IMG/VR virus record: IMGVR_UViG_3300005670_000019
Direction: 5' to 3' (one strand)
From: a virus
Taxonomy: Duplodnaviria > Caudoviricetes
DNA: 64,000 bases
A program made the translations under genes and the position numbers. Below, one piece after another: positions 1 through 10,412 of this stretch (position 1 is its first letter; each line of letters starts with the position of its first letter). The notes under the pieces were generated by a model, which worked only from the letters and a program-made list of their open reading frames with translations, was not told the DNA's origin and did not search any database.

Positions 1-1114
1 AACCTAACAAGAAATCAATAGCAACCACTTCATTACTGTCTGTATCTTGTGCTCGAAGACGAACATAAACTATTGTTCTAATTCGATATCTGTAAGAAGT
101 TCCATATTTGATTTGACGATCAATCGTAGAAGATGCAAAAGGATTTTCAACAACGATTGAGTTTTTTCTCACAGGACCATTCGAAGTAAGTTCTTCTTTT
201 TCAATGACATAACCGATTGGCTGAACAATTGTTTTGAAATCTGTTTCATCAATTGGTAAAACACTCAAATACTCAAGAACCTCAAAATCATAATTTTGAG
301 CATTCATCAAGTTGCTTGGATTTGCTAGAATTGCTGCTTTCTGGTCTGTTTCTGCCAATCTTTGAGCTGACAGTAGATCATCAGTTAGAAAGCGTAATGT
401 ATTTTGAGTATTTCCTTTGAGAACATCAGCTAGAACATTTCTTGAAATTTGAGTTTTTACACTAACATCCTTGATTGAATTGAGTATTGAATTCAAAAAA
501 ACTTGTTTGTTGTCATTATTCACAAACAAATATTGACTATCAATTTCTTGTAAGTTTGCAAGTGTTGTAGCAAGAAAGTTTGCAGAAATTTCTTCATCAG
601 TTCTTTCATTTAGAAACTTGGCAACATCTAAAGGAGATTTTTCTGGCTTGAAAGGATTCGGCTTTGTTGCTGTTCCTGGCACTGTATTTTGTTGCCTTTG
701 AACATCCTCCAAGAGACGTTTCACGTAAAACTTAGCTCTTTCATCATAGAAACTATCTTGGACTTTCACGGTACTGAATTCATCATTTGAAAATTGATCT
801 TCGCCTTGGATTTTATCAAGGTTGTTTCTGATGCTTGCATCAACTGATTGAACATTGCTTGTGTATTTGACGACTGGCGTCCATGAAAATCTTGTAAAGC
901 GAGGAGTAAATCTACGGAAATTGATTGAATCAATCTGATCGGAAGAAAACTGTTCTGGATTGAGGCGTTCGATTGCCAAATCTCCAGGAATATCTCCACT
1001 GTCATTCAATCTTTCATCCGTGGTAAAAAAGATGTAATTGAAGTCTGCCTCAAAATTTTTAACTTCAGGAGTATCAACAACAGCAAATTTTTTGGAAGGT
1101 AATGAAATAGCCAT
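1..1114 (-). CDS. Hypothetical protein, probably virion-associated (partial, runs off left edge)
   Basis: Not in ORF track. ATG at 1114 overlaps the TAA of the upstream gene (TAATG). Reads MAISLPSKKFAVVDTPEVKNFEADFNYIFF...; appears to continue to the window edge. Confidence 0.7.
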   Translation of the reverse strand, partial: MAISLPSKKFAVVDTPEVKNFEADFNYIFFTTDERLNDSGDIPGDLAIERLNPEQFSSDQIDSINFRRFTPRFTRFSWTPVVKYTSNVQSVDASIRNNLDKIQGEDQFSNDEFSTVKVQDSFYDERAKFYVKRLLEDVQRQQNTVPGTATKPNPFKPEKSPLDVAKFLNERTDEEISANFLATTLANLQEIDSQYLFVNNDNKQVFLNSILNSIKDVSVKTQISRNVLADVLKGNTQNTLRFLTDDLLSAQRLAETDQKAAILANPSNLMNAQNYDFEVLEYLSVLPIDETDFKTIVQPIGYVIEKEELTSNGPVRKNSIVVENPFASSTIDRQIKYGTSYRYRIRTIVYVRLRAQDTDSNEVVAIDFLLG

Positions 1115-4100
1115 TATGCACCCCTAAGTGTTTCTACAGTAAGAAAGAAATCATCAAAACGTAAGTCATCTTGTTTTTTCAATTTCATTATTCCTTGAGT
1201 TTCAAATAGTGCTTCATCAATCAATGAAAGAAATTCTCTCTTTTCAAGGAGGCGTCGTCCACTTTCTGTCAAACGAGTTGCCTCAACATCTATTTCAAAA
1301 TCATCAACATTCAAAAGAAATGTAAATGTTCTATCAAACTTCTTCGGACTAATCACAAGCTCTTGAACGTATTCTGGTTTGGACAAAATGTTTCCAAATG
1401 AAATCAGTTGCAACATGTCTCGAATTTCAACAGGTACACTTTCGTTTGTTAGAAGTTCGTTGACATTTGTTGAAGGAAGATTGTATCTCATATCATTTCG
1501 AATGTAATCCAAAACAAGATTTGACAAATCAGGATTGAATTCTGCTTCTGCTTCATAAAGCGGATTGTAAGTAAAGTTTCTCTCAGTCAGGTCTATTCCA
1601 GTTACTATATTCATATATTCATTCAAAAGGTTTGATTGAACATGATTAGAAACCATCTGTCTTATTTCGAATGGTTGAAGGAAATTGTAAGAAGTTGAGT
1701 TTTGCAAATCTCTCAAGTTTACTTTTTGTCCGTCTGTTTTTGACAAGTCTCTAAGAGTAATTGTTTCAAGAAGTCTTTCAAAGTCATAAAATCTTCCATT
1801 TCTTTCCAAGACAAAAGATGGATCTTGATAAAGGCTCAAGTCAAATAACAATTTTTTAGGCTTGAAGACAAGTTCTTCTCTTCTCAAATCACGTTTGTAA
1901 ACATTGATTGAAACAACGTCAAATTCTTTGTCAACAAAACTTGTTCTGGTGATCGCGTCTCCATTAATTCTATCACTAATTTGATTGGTCATATTTTGAG
2001 GAAGTCCAATTGAGACTACTTTCAATTTTGACCTTTCATTACCAATGTCTTGAAGTTCCTTTTGAGAAAGAAAAGACAGCAGCGCATTATAAATGTTGTT
2101 TTGAAAACCATCAAAGATAACAAAATTGCTGTTTTGAATTTGCCTTCCTCTTGTTACTTTTCTTGGATTTCTGTCTGTCATAGACAGAAAATCTTGATAG
2201 ATGTTCTCCATTGTATCAACTTGGGTTCTTGATTTCAACAAACTCAAGTCCTCTTCTTGATTTCCCAATGCAAGGAACTGTTGAATGAGATTGGTTGTAA
2301 GATTCGAAGAAACTTTTGCTTTTCCATCCATTAGCATTGCTTCGATCTTTTCAAAGATATGCAAGAAGTTTTCAACAATCAAATTCTCCGTTGCCAATTT
2401 ATTTCTAATTGAACGGAGGGAAATGAAGTATTCAAAACCACGGAAAATATCCGGACGTAGAGCAATATCTCTAAAGAAACGATCATTGGCTCCAATGTTC
2501 TTGAATGTGTTGAGCATATTTGTGAAATCCGCCAGAGATTTCACATTTGTTCCTGCTAATGGACTACGTAGTGCATCCACCAAAAGATTTGAAGGCAGCA
2601 CAGATTTATTCAAAACGTTTGAGACAGAAGAAGCACCACTGGTCCCCTCGCCAGAAGAACGGAATAATAAGTTGCTATTCGACAAAAGAGTATTTGGGAT
2701 AATCTTTGGGATGGTTGTGCCTGCTAATTGCCCTGCAAAAGTGCCTAGTGGAACATAACCAATTAGAGATACTTTCGGGGTGGCAGCGAGCTTTTGTTGA
2801 ATAATATTCTCCAATGATCCTATAATCAGACCATGCATATCGGTGGCGTGTTCAATTTTGAATCCTGATGATGCAGAATTCTTTGAAAAGGATTGGAAAG
2901 AGTATTTCTCAAGAAAAGAAGCAAATGTTTCAAAAATCAAAAGAAAGATTGTTGTTGATGACAAGAAATTAAATCTTGTTCTGTGGCTAAGATCATTCAG
3001 TAAGTGAACTGGGTTTGCAATGTCAGAAGCCAGTCGATATGTACTTGTGTACATATCAATGATTGCTTTTATCGTGTTGTTTGATGAAACTCCAGATGCT
3101 TCAACACTTTCAACAAGAGTTGAAGTTATTGCACCATCAGCAAGACTTAGAATGTTTCCATTTCCAAAGGAGCCAAGCAAGGAAGAAGGAATGTTTAGTT
3201 GCAGATTTGATAGTTGATTTCTCAACGTTCCATTTAGAACATTGATTTCCAAAGTGTTTGTTCTTCTAGAGGAAGATCGTGTTGTTGTAACAAGAGTCTT
3301 TACTCTTGCTTCGATATCACTTGCAAGTCGACGCAACAATTCACTAAACTCAACAGTTCGGTCTGAAACAAATGGATCTTCCCCTGGTTCCAAACGAACA
3401 AAATTTAGACTTGAAAAAGTTCTCTTTAGGTCACTGATGAAATGTTGGATTGAACCACGTTGTTCTTCTTCTTTGGAAGAATCCAGTGCTGCAAGAATAC
3501 AAAACTGGAACAACATGTTTTTCAAAACAAGGTCTGTGTTTGAAAGTTTGAATACAGCGTTTATGATTAGTTGATCAGTGTTCAATGAATTCTTGTCGAC
3601 AGTTCCCTCAATACTTGCGCGAAACATTGAACTGAACATATCAAACAAGTTATCTGGAACGAGTCCTGATGAAATCTGTTGATCAAGTTGAAGAAGTTTT
3701 GTTATTGAGTTTCTTACAGAAGAACTGACTTTTACATATCTAGAAACAAAATCAGTGTACGGTTGAATGTTGAAGCCTTGAGCAGGAGTAACTGACTGAA
3801 CAATAGTTTCAGCCAAATATTCACTACCCGGTACATATGTTTTTTTCACACTTTCAAAGTCAATGTATTTGTTTTCAAATGGTAAAACTGCAACATCTTC
3901 ATTGATATCAATTCGGAAAATTGAAGCAAGAGAACCTTCTCCAAGAGGCGCATCAAAAATGGTTGTATTTACCGTTCCAAGAATATTATCGAAAGGATTA
4001 CCTTCTGTTCCCTGTCCGAAATCTCTTTGAATGTCATTTTGAATTTGAGTAGTTCCCAAACCTTTTGAAACTCTCAGTTCTTTTGATAGTAGGTTGATTA

Positions 4101-5163
4101 AAAGTTTGATCTTATCATCAGGATTTACTGGAAGACTTGAAACAAATTGAGAAAAAAATGATGTTTCTGATGCGTTTAGTGGTTCAATTGGAGAACGAAT
4201 TGAATTTACATTGAACGTAAAGCCATCGGTCAAATCATATGTTGTGTCTAGTGTTACTGGTGAAAAATTACTTGGTCGATCGGTATCAACAATATCAAAT
4301 AAGTTGTAGGAGTAATTCTCCAAGATTTTTCTCAAATCAAAAGTCATCTGAAGGAGGATTTTGCTTTCAGCAAACTGGTTCCAGTTGTCTTCAGTGAATT
4401 GAAGATGACTTGTAAAAAAATCCTTCAAAGTTTTGAATTTCTTTGTGTCATATACAGAACTTGGATATTTTTTGATATCCAAGGCTTTGTTTACAACTTG
4501 GACATTTGAAAGAATCTGATTGTAAATCTTTAGACTTTCTCCAATGTTTCTTATTCTTTGATCATAATCAGAACGAAGTCGAGACAAGTTTGCTCTTCCA
4601 TTTCTGGAATTCTCCAACTGTTCAAAGATGTAGACAAGTGTCTCAAACCTGATTTTTGATGCTTGATATTGGAAATCAATTAAGTTTCCAACTCCAGTCA
4701 GTTGTCCATTATTGAAGGCTGAAAGAAAGTCTGTAACGGTTAGAATCTCTGGACGGTACGATGAGATTCCATCTTTTTCAACTGGAACAAAAGAACCGTT
4801 CAAGATAGTGTTTCTAGAAACATCAAGCGTGTCTGTTGATAACTCTCTAAAGTCACGGATTCTGGAAACAACATCAACTCCAGTTCGACGTCTCAATCCT
4901 TCCAAAACTTCAACAACACCATTTCCTGTAATTCTTCGATTGACTTGATCTTGCAATGGAGCAGAAGAAATATCTCCAATTTGCCCAGCAACATCGTCTC
5001 TCAATCTAGAACCAGTAAATCCAGAAGATGATGGACTTTCTGCCGGTGTACTTGATGGTGTGCTCGATGGTCTTGGTAGGTTTGGAATAGGAGTTCCAGT
5101 GACTTGAATTCCTCCAAGACTTGCTCCACGTCCCCTAACTCCTAATCCGAAATATCTGGTCAT
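1114..5163 (-). CDS. Large hypothetical protein (1349 aa), probable virion structural protein
   Basis: Long ORF in a tightly coupled minus-strand operon; no enzymatic motif recognised. Confidence 0.6.
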   Translation of the reverse strand: MTRYFGLGVRGRGASLGGIQVTGTPIPNLPRPSSTPSSTPAESPSSSGFTGSRLRDDVAGQIGDISSAPLQDQVNRRITGNGVVEVLEGLRRRTGVDVVSRIRDFRELSTDTLDVSRNTILNGSFVPVEKDGISSYRPEILTVTDFLSAFNNGQLTGVGNLIDFQYQASKIRFETLVYIFEQLENSRNGRANLSRLRSDYDQRIRNIGESLKIYNQILSNVQVVNKALDIKKYPSSVYDTKKFKTLKDFFTSHLQFTEDNWNQFAESKILLQMTFDLRKILENYSYNLFDIVDTDRPSNFSPVTLDTTYDLTDGFTFNVNSIRSPIEPLNASETSFFSQFVSSLPVNPDDKIKLLINLLSKELRVSKGLGTTQIQNDIQRDFGQGTEGNPFDNILGTVNTTIFDAPLGEGSLASIFRIDINEDVAVLPFENKYIDFESVKKTYVPGSEYLAETIVQSVTPAQGFNIQPYTDFVSRYVKVSSSVRNSITKLLQLDQQISSGLVPDNLFDMFSSMFRASIEGTVDKNSLNTDQLIINAVFKLSNTDLVLKNMLFQFCILAALDSSKEEEQRGSIQHFISDLKRTFSSLNFVRLEPGEDPFVSDRTVEFSELLRRLASDIEARVKTLVTTTRSSSRRTNTLEINVLNGTLRNQLSNLQLNIPSSLLGSFGNGNILSLADGAITSTLVESVEASGVSSNNTIKAIIDMYTSTYRLASDIANPVHLLNDLSHRTRFNFLSSTTIFLLIFETFASFLEKYSFQSFSKNSASSGFKIEHATDMHGLIIGSLENIIQQKLAATPKVSLIGYVPLGTFAGQLAGTTIPKIIPNTLLSNSNLLFRSSGEGTSGASSVSNVLNKSVLPSNLLVDALRSPLAGTNVKSLADFTNMLNTFKNIGANDRFFRDIALRPDIFRGFEYFISLRSIRNKLATENLIVENFLHIFEKIEAMLMDGKAKVSSNLTTNLIQQFLALGNQEEDLSLLKSRTQVDTMENIYQDFLSMTDRNPRKVTRGRQIQNSNFVIFDGFQNNIYNALLSFLSQKELQDIGNERSKLKVVSIGLPQNMTNQISDRINGDAITRTSFVDKEFDVVSINVYKRDLRREELVFKPKKLLFDLSLYQDPSFVLERNGRFYDFERLLETITLRDLSKTDGQKVNLRDLQNSTSYNFLQPFEIRQMVSNHVQSNLLNEYMNIVTGIDLTERNFTYNPLYEAEAEFNPDLSNLVLDYIRNDMRYNLPSTNVNELLTNESVPVEIRDMLQLISFGNILSKPEYVQELVISPKKFDRTFTFLLNVDDFEIDVEATRLTESGRRLLEKREFLSLIDEALFETQGIMKLKKQDDLRFDDFFLTVETLRGA

Positions 5164-5173
5164 TCTTTCACCG

Positions 5174-7612
5174 TTATTCTACCACAACCGTATTTGTTTT
5201 TACTTCAGCGCCTCGTCCCTGATCTTGATAAACTGGAATTATGATGTATGTCAATCCACCCTTTTCATTGTTTGTCAAGTTGTCCAAAAATCTGAAATGG
5301 TTTGTGTTTCCGAGAGCATGAGATTTTCCAACGACTGTTCTAATCCCAAGAACCTCAAGAATAACTATGAAGTGGTCTATTTTCTTTAGAGTTCCTTTTA
5401 CATTCCAAGAAATTAGAACCTTTGAGTTTGAAATTTTTGAAGCAACAGCCTGTTCAACAATTGGAATGTTGTCAGCCAAGGAAACTGTTGTGGTTGTAAT
5501 GTCAACTACGTCACCGAAAGTAAAATCACTTTCCGCAAAGTTTCTCTTTCTACTTTCAGGAGTTGAAAGAGTTCCTTGGTTGAGTGCCAACGGATGTTTC
5601 CATTTGAATGGTTGATAAGTGTATCCTCTAGAACCAGAAACAGTTGTTCTAATTGATGACAACAAACTGTCCGTTGCTCTTAGGTAAGTTGTCACTTTGT
5701 ATTGATAGCGAGCTCCGGCTTCAATTGGTTTTACTGATGAGTTTTTTTGATATTTCAAGTCTGAAAATGATGGTTCTCTTATCACACCAAAATCCTCAAG
5801 TTCACCAGTTACCATATTGAACCTCTCAACCTTGTATGAAAACAATTTTTGAAGTTGAGATCGGTCTGCCTGAATAGCGTCTGCGTACTCTGTGAGCCCC
5901 TGTGAGGCGAGTGCATTTTTCACAAGGTCAATCTGCCCAGGAATTATCTCAGAGGTTATAGAGAATGTTGTATCGTATTCGTTGCCCACTGTAATGACAG
6001 TTGGAGATAGTATTTTTGTGTTGACAATGTTGGAAGAGATTGGTTTGAAACCAATTGTTGAAGTTGATGTCGAATCAACTTCAAAACCGTCTTTATAAAT
6101 CATCCTGATTTTGTAGTCATAAATTTTATCAAGATTGACTGTTGTATCTTCAAAAATAAGAGGAGCGGAACTTTCATCGGTGATTTGAAAAATGTTTGAA
6201 ATTGTAGAATACTTGGTTTCTTTGTTGCTTAGATTTTTTCTCAAAACGCACCAAGAAATTGGACCTGCTGGCATCGAGCGAACTTCAACTTTTACACCGT
6301 TTGAAAAATTTTCTGTGTTGATAGAAACAGAAGATGGTCTTTGTTGTCTCTTCTTGTTTGACAAAGAGAATGAATTTTCAACATCTACAAAAGCAGAAGA
6401 AAATTCGGCACCCATTACACCGTTTGTTCCAACCGGAACAGCTCGATAAATCGTTGGTGACAATCCGGGCAAAACATCCAGAACTCTAACATATTCCGCT
6501 CCTTGAACAGAATACCTTCCAACCTCAACAAAGCTTTCTTCGGAAGAAGGTGCGTCTTTCTTGATTTGTTTTCTATAGAGAAAAATTTGTGTTGCAGTTG
6601 GATCAACTTGCTTTAGGGCAATATCAACAAAGTTGTTGTTTACTCTTGGAAGAACCTCAATCATCGGAGCTTTTGTTGGAATGTTTAGATTTTCAACATT
6701 CTTCAAATGTGGAACATAGAAATTATAGATACCTTGAACAACATTCTGTTTTGTTTTGTGAAGTAAGGTAAAATAAAAATTGTCTGTATTCAAATCTCCA
6801 ACTGGAATAAGAATATCAAATGTTGCTGTTAGAAAATATGTTTCTTCTTCAACAGGCATCATCAGGATTGCATCAGGCGGAAGACTGCGAAGAGCATCCG
6901 CAGTTCTATCATTCAGCAATGATCCAATGATTGAGTTCTTTTCTCTATCATTCAATCCTTGACTGATTGTCATCAACTTCTTTGGAGTTTTAGGTATTGT
7001 TCCATTGAAAGAAGAATTTGCAGTTCCAACAGTAAATGTTGGAGAACTGAAATCGGCTGGATCACGTTTTGTATCAAACAAAACCTTGTTCATGTCACTT
7101 TTCAAAACTGCATTATTTGCTGTTCTTGTTGAGGTGACGATATTGCGTGAAAGGTTGTTTTCCAAAATAGGTGCAGAAACATTTTTTGACTGTAGGTCAC
7201 CAACAGCCACGGGTTTCAATGTTCTTTTTTTCAATACAGCACTTTTATCAAAAGCATTTTGTATTTTTCCAATAGCGGTTTTTGGGAAAAAGGCAGTAAG
7301 ATCAAGTTCCTTTGAAAAGAATGCCTCAATTTTAGTAGACCTTGCCAAATCAATAGCAGAAGGTCTTTGAGTTTGAAGTTCCTTTACGATCAAATCAGGA
7401 TTGAAGTTTGGGAAAATTTTTGGCTCAACTTTTTCATAAGCCTTTTCTCTACCGAGAAGAGTAACGGCAAATGACTTCTCTGCAAGAATTTTGTTGAAGT
7501 TGAAGTTCAATCTCATTTTATAATGAAAATATCCATCCTTGATTGTTTCCAACGTGATGCCATCTTTGGCAACATTCAACAACTCATTCTGTTTTTTTAG
7601 TTTGACTTTCAT
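5174..7612 (-). CDS. Hypothetical protein (812 aa) with beta-sandwich/FN3-like C-terminal segments, probable virion protein
   Basis: Long ORF. Segments such as VLISWNV, YDYKIRMIY and YQYKVTTY resemble FN3/Ig strands. Confidence 0.55.
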   Translation of the reverse strand: MKVKLKKQNELLNVAKDGITLETIKDGYFHYKMRLNFNFNKILAEKSFAVTLLGREKAYEKVEPKIFPNFNPDLIVKELQTQRPSAIDLARSTKIEAFFSKELDLTAFFPKTAIGKIQNAFDKSAVLKKRTLKPVAVGDLQSKNVSAPILENNLSRNIVTSTRTANNAVLKSDMNKVLFDTKRDPADFSSPTFTVGTANSSFNGTIPKTPKKLMTISQGLNDREKNSIIGSLLNDRTADALRSLPPDAILMMPVEEETYFLTATFDILIPVGDLNTDNFYFTLLHKTKQNVVQGIYNFYVPHLKNVENLNIPTKAPMIEVLPRVNNNFVDIALKQVDPTATQIFLYRKQIKKDAPSSEESFVEVGRYSVQGAEYVRVLDVLPGLSPTIYRAVPVGTNGVMGAEFSSAFVDVENSFSLSNKKRQQRPSSVSINTENFSNGVKVEVRSMPAGPISWCVLRKNLSNKETKYSTISNIFQITDESSAPLIFEDTTVNLDKIYDYKIRMIYKDGFEVDSTSTSTIGFKPISSNIVNTKILSPTVITVGNEYDTTFSITSEIIPGQIDLVKNALASQGLTEYADAIQADRSQLQKLFSYKVERFNMVTGELEDFGVIREPSFSDLKYQKNSSVKPIEAGARYQYKVTTYLRATDSLLSSIRTTVSGSRGYTYQPFKWKHPLALNQGTLSTPESRKRNFAESDFTFGDVVDITTTTVSLADNIPIVEQAVASKISNSKVLISWNVKGTLKKIDHFIVILEVLGIRTVVGKSHALGNTNHFRFLDNLTNNEKGGLTYIIIPVYQDQGRGAEVKTNTVVVE

Positions 7613-7622
7613 GGTAAATTCT

Positions 7623-8594
7623 TTAGCTGAGAATGATGGTGAACATGTTCACAAATGTGTCAACACCGTAGTTGTCTGTGAAGACTTTACCTGCGAAGAG
7701 CACTCTTTTCGCCACCGAGTTTTTTCCGGGAAAAGAACCAAAATCAATAACATCAAGCTTTCGAGTTTCACCATCTTCGCCAACCTCAAAAAACTGAGCG
7801 AAGAAACGATTTTTCTTTGAAGTCTCAGTGAAATAGATTGTTCTACCGTAACCGCTGTTTATTCTAGGTGCCAAATCATTTTCAAGTTCGTCTATAGTAA
7901 GGATCGGTGCCTGATTTATTCTTTCGTAGTTTCCTAGTGGTTCATTAGTTGAAGAACCAAGACGTCCCTTGTTGACAGGCGGCAAGAATTGAAAGTTTGG
8001 AATATGAGACAACCTTTTATCTTGGAAGAAACCCTCGACTTGGTTGATATCAACTTCTTGAAGATCCACTTCTTCAATTGGATTATTGTCAGTGATAATG
8101 AATGGTTCTGGAGAAAGTGGTCCAACGATAAACTCATCACGATTTTCATCAATCAATTCTGGTGAACCAAGAATACGACAACGCTTGTAGTTTTGAAGAG
8201 AACTTCCAAGCAGAGTATCCATTTGAGAAAGGTAAGCTTGACCAGTAAGTGTCTCTTGTGTGCCAGACACAGTAATCATGATTTGTCCAGGAGCTACAGA
8301 AAGAGTTGAGGATGTAATCCCGAACAACGAGTTTGCAAGAGTTTTGGAAATCAGTCTACCGCTATCATCAGCTTCAAAGGTTATCGTATCCTGTGGAAGA
8401 GAACAAATTTCCAGTTGAGGTCTGTCAATAGCTTCGAGACTTCCTGAAACAATCGTATCCTCATTGTAAACTGCTGTTGCATCAGAAAAAGAATAGAACT
8501 CTGCACGCAAACGACCCTCCGCCAACTGCCTTTTTCCTTCGGCGGTTAGAATGGTATCGAGAAACCTTGTTTTTGGGTCGAGAAAACCTGACAT
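7623..8594 (-). CDS. Probable jumbo-phage structural protein (323 aa)
   Basis: N-terminus MSGFLDPKTRFLDTILTAEGKRQLAEG..FYSFSD resembles the D-x-x-LT-x-x-G-[RK] start common in phage tail/baseplate proteins. First gene of the operon. Confidence 0.55.
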   Translation of the reverse strand: MSGFLDPKTRFLDTILTAEGKRQLAEGRLRAEFYSFSDATAVYNEDTIVSGSLEAIDRPQLEICSLPQDTITFEADDSGRLISKTLANSLFGITSSTLSVAPGQIMITVSGTQETLTGQAYLSQMDTLLGSSLQNYKRCRILGSPELIDENRDEFIVGPLSPEPFIITDNNPIEEVDLQEVDINQVEGFFQDKRLSHIPNFQFLPPVNKGRLGSSTNEPLGNYERINQAPILTIDELENDLAPRINSGYGRTIYFTETSKKNRFFAQFFEVGEDGETRKLDVIDFGSFPGKNSVAKRVLFAGKVFTDNYGVDTFVNMFTIILS

Positions 8595-8599
8595 ACCTT

Positions 8600-8607
8600 C
8601 TAAATAT
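8600..8607 (-). promoter_or_regulatory. Candidate late-promoter motif ATATTTAG
   Basis: 5 nt upstream of ATG 8594. Same or similar motif precedes genes at 52861, 55239, 58210, 63706 and 27904. Confidence 0.45.
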
Positions 8608-8659
8608 TATGGTTTCAGCTTTCATGGTTTTCTTTCTTCTTTTCATTTGAATGCATTTT

Positions 8660-8688
8660 TTGAAAAAGGCGTCGGTCTGTGCTACGCC
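8660..8688 (+). promoter_or_regulatory. Sigma70-type early promoter P1 (TTGAAA-17-TACGCC, extended TG)
   Basis: Same architecture as P2-P5 but weaker -10. AAGGAG RBS before ATG 8707. Confidence 0.45.
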
Positions 8689-8706
8689 TAAACCAAGGAG
8701 AATATT

Positions 8707-8970
8707 ATGTCCGTAGAAAATCTCGAATATGCCCTCGCGACCCTTGAGGATGCCCTAAACGATCCTTACGCTTTGGAGATCGACCGCCAGGTTTTGAAGG
8801 ATTGTGCCGATCAGGTGAACATTGCCCTGTGGCTTTTGTTCGTGGAAGGAATGAGTTTCTTCTATTGGGACCAGCTCGATCAGCTCAAATTGCTCGGGGT
8901 TTCTGCGAAAGAGTTGGATCTTTTGAAAACCATGATCGAGCTGCTTCAAAAGCATCCTTCATCGCAATGA
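8707..8970 (+). CDS. Hypothetical protein (87 aa)
   Basis: Strong RBS (AAGGAG); first gene of the plus-strand island. Confidence 0.75.
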   Translation: MSVENLEYALATLEDALNDPYALEIDRQVLKDCADQVNIALWLLFVEGMSFFYWDQLDQLKLLGVSAKELDLLKTMIELLQKHPSSQ

Positions 8971-9017
8971 TTACAGTGAAGACGGAATTACAGTTACACT
9001 GTATTTGATCCCATTTC

Positions 9018-9046
9018 TTGAAAAACGACCAGACCTCTGTTATGGT
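9018..9046 (+). promoter_or_regulatory. Sigma70-type early promoter P2 (TTGAAA-17-TATGGT, extended TG)
   Basis: -35 at 9018-9023, -10 at 9041-9046. ATG 9053 lies at the expected +1. Confidence 0.7.
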
Positions 9047-9052
9047 GTGAGA

Positions 9053-9496
9053 ATGTATTTCGTTTTCACATGCAGGCACCGACAGTCCGTCGATTCCCGA
9101 ACGGATGACGGATCGGGTTGGCTCGAAGAGGAGCGTTCACACGAATACAGCGATTTCGCTGTGTCCGTTGTTGAGGACACTCAATATGACGCTTCCTCTC
9201 TTGGAAGCGGCTATTTCGAGAGCTTTTTCTCGAAGCCTATCGCGAACGAAGCGTTGAATTCCGCTGTTTACGTGGTCGTAAAGTACGTCACCATGCGTGA
9301 TACGTTCAATGTCGACCACGACCTTCTCGAAGTTGCCTATTTCGGGCAAGACTTCGAAATTGCTCAAAAAATCCTCGAAGATATCGAGGACGAAAAGAAC
9401 CTTGCGTCAAGCGGCTACTTCGCGGACGAGATCACCGGGAGTGACCTCATGACGTTCAAGGCACCCTTCGCAGTCCTGCCACAGCGCAAAAAGTAA
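9053..9496 (+). CDS. Acidic hypothetical protein (147 aa), probably leaderless
   Basis: Track start 9005 overlaps promoter P2. ATG 9053 has no SD and sits 7 nt after the -10. Confidence 0.7.
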   Translation: MYFVFTCRHRQSVDSRTDDGSGWLEEERSHEYSDFAVSVVEDTQYDASSLGSGYFESFFSKPIANEALNSAVYVVVKYVTMRDTFNVDHDLLEVAYFGQDFEIAQKILEDIEDEKNLASSGYFADEITGSDLMTFKAPFAVLPQRKK

Positions 9497-9498
9497 TA

Positions 9499-9524
9499 GT
9501 GTCCTTATTTGGGGACACCCTTTT
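9499..9524 (+). terminator. Putative intrinsic terminator
   Basis: GTGTCCTT-ATTT-GGGGACAC hairpin then CCTTTT, directly after stop 9496. Confidence 0.4.
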
Positions 9525-9583
9525 CGAAAGCTTCCCTTGTAATTTCAAGGGTTTAGGAGCCTGAAAAAAAGTTCTCCTATTTC

Positions 9584-9612
9584 TTGAAAATCGCTCTTGG
9601 GTATGCTAACTT
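9584..9612 (+). promoter_or_regulatory. Sigma70-type early promoter P3 (TTGAAA-17-TAACTT, extended TG)
   Basis: -35 at 9584-9589, -10 at 9607-9612. AAGGA RBS before ATG 9639. Confidence 0.7.
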
Positions 9613-9638
9613 AGAAGCATAAGGAAAAGGAAAACAAC

Positions 9639-10286
9639 ATGTCGATCACCTCCAAGGATGGCAAGTCGTTTCACGTTGGCATGGTCGTGGCTACGGTCAC
9701 GAAGCACGACGTGCGAATCATGAGTGACGTGTGGGCGAACGTCACGTACGCCGTGGTCTATCAGCCGACCGGCGAGGAGAACATCGAGGATAGCTTCCGC
9801 TATCACACGACCCCTTGGAAGGAGTTTTACAAGCTCGACCAGGGCATGTTCACTTTCGTTCGCCTTTCGTGCAGCGAGTTTGGAATGAACTCGAACGTCC
9901 AGGGCTACAACATCGATGCTTCTCCTGAAATTCAGGAGATTTACCAGGCTTGGTTGCGTGGTAAGGACTTCGCGAGCAAGCTCCACGTCTACGACTCGGA
10001 CGAGTGGCGGATTCAGGAAGGACGTCGCCGCATCGAGACTGGTCGTTTCGCTCGCGTCGTGAAGGGTCGAAAGGTTCCAAAGGGAACCGTGGGCAAGATT
10101 TTTTGGGTCGGCGACAAGGGTTACGGTCCTTGTGTCGGACTCGCTCTTCCTTCCGATGACGGTGTCATTCGTGGGAAGGAAATCACCACGAAGTACGGAA
10201 AGAAGATCACGAGCTACGAGAAGACGGTTTTCGTTGCAAGCTCGTATGTTGCGGTGACGGACGGTCTGGACGGTCGCGTCCTCTGA
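9639..10286 (+). CDS. Phage hypothetical protein with SH3/KOW-like C-terminal motif (215 aa)
   Basis: VVKGRKVPKGTVGKIFW motif; RBS present; GC-rich third codon positions. Confidence 0.7.
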   Translation: MSITSKDGKSFHVGMVVATVTKHDVRIMSDVWANVTYAVVYQPTGEENIEDSFRYHTTPWKEFYKLDQGMFTFVRLSCSEFGMNSNVQGYNIDASPEIQEIYQAWLRGKDFASKLHVYDSDEWRIQEGRRRIETGRFARVVKGRKVPKGTVGKIFWVGDKGYGPCVGLALPSDDGVIRGKEITTKYGKKITSYEKTVFVASSYVAVTDGLDGRVL

Positions 10287-10311
10287 TCCAAAACAAAAAC
10301 GATAGCTTAGA

Positions 10312-10412
10312 TGCGGCAGGCTGGGATTCGGGATGTTCCTGTGTTCCAGCCTTGCTGTAATTGGTGGGGTCTGTAAACCCCAACCTCCTGTTCAACATCA
10401 CTGTAATTGCAG
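10312..10412 (+). ncRNA. Candidate structured RNA (three hairpins) in intergenic region
   Basis: ~21-bp stem at 10312-10359 with five G-U pairs, so it folds well only on the + strand. Further hairpins at 10363-10385 and 10401-10412. Flanked by AAAACAAAAA direct repeats. Confidence 0.4.

Noticed and set aside
2050-7820. Many 60-160 aa plus-strand ORFs antisense to long genes (also throughout 14000-57000)
   Set aside because: They are shadow ORFs of the coding strand, without RBS or promoter and with atypical composition.
10363-10385. tRNA-Tyr-like anticodon loop (CTGTAAA)
   Set aside because: The stem closes a 6-nt loop, and there is no D-arm, TTC T-loop, acceptor stem or CCA in the right geometry.
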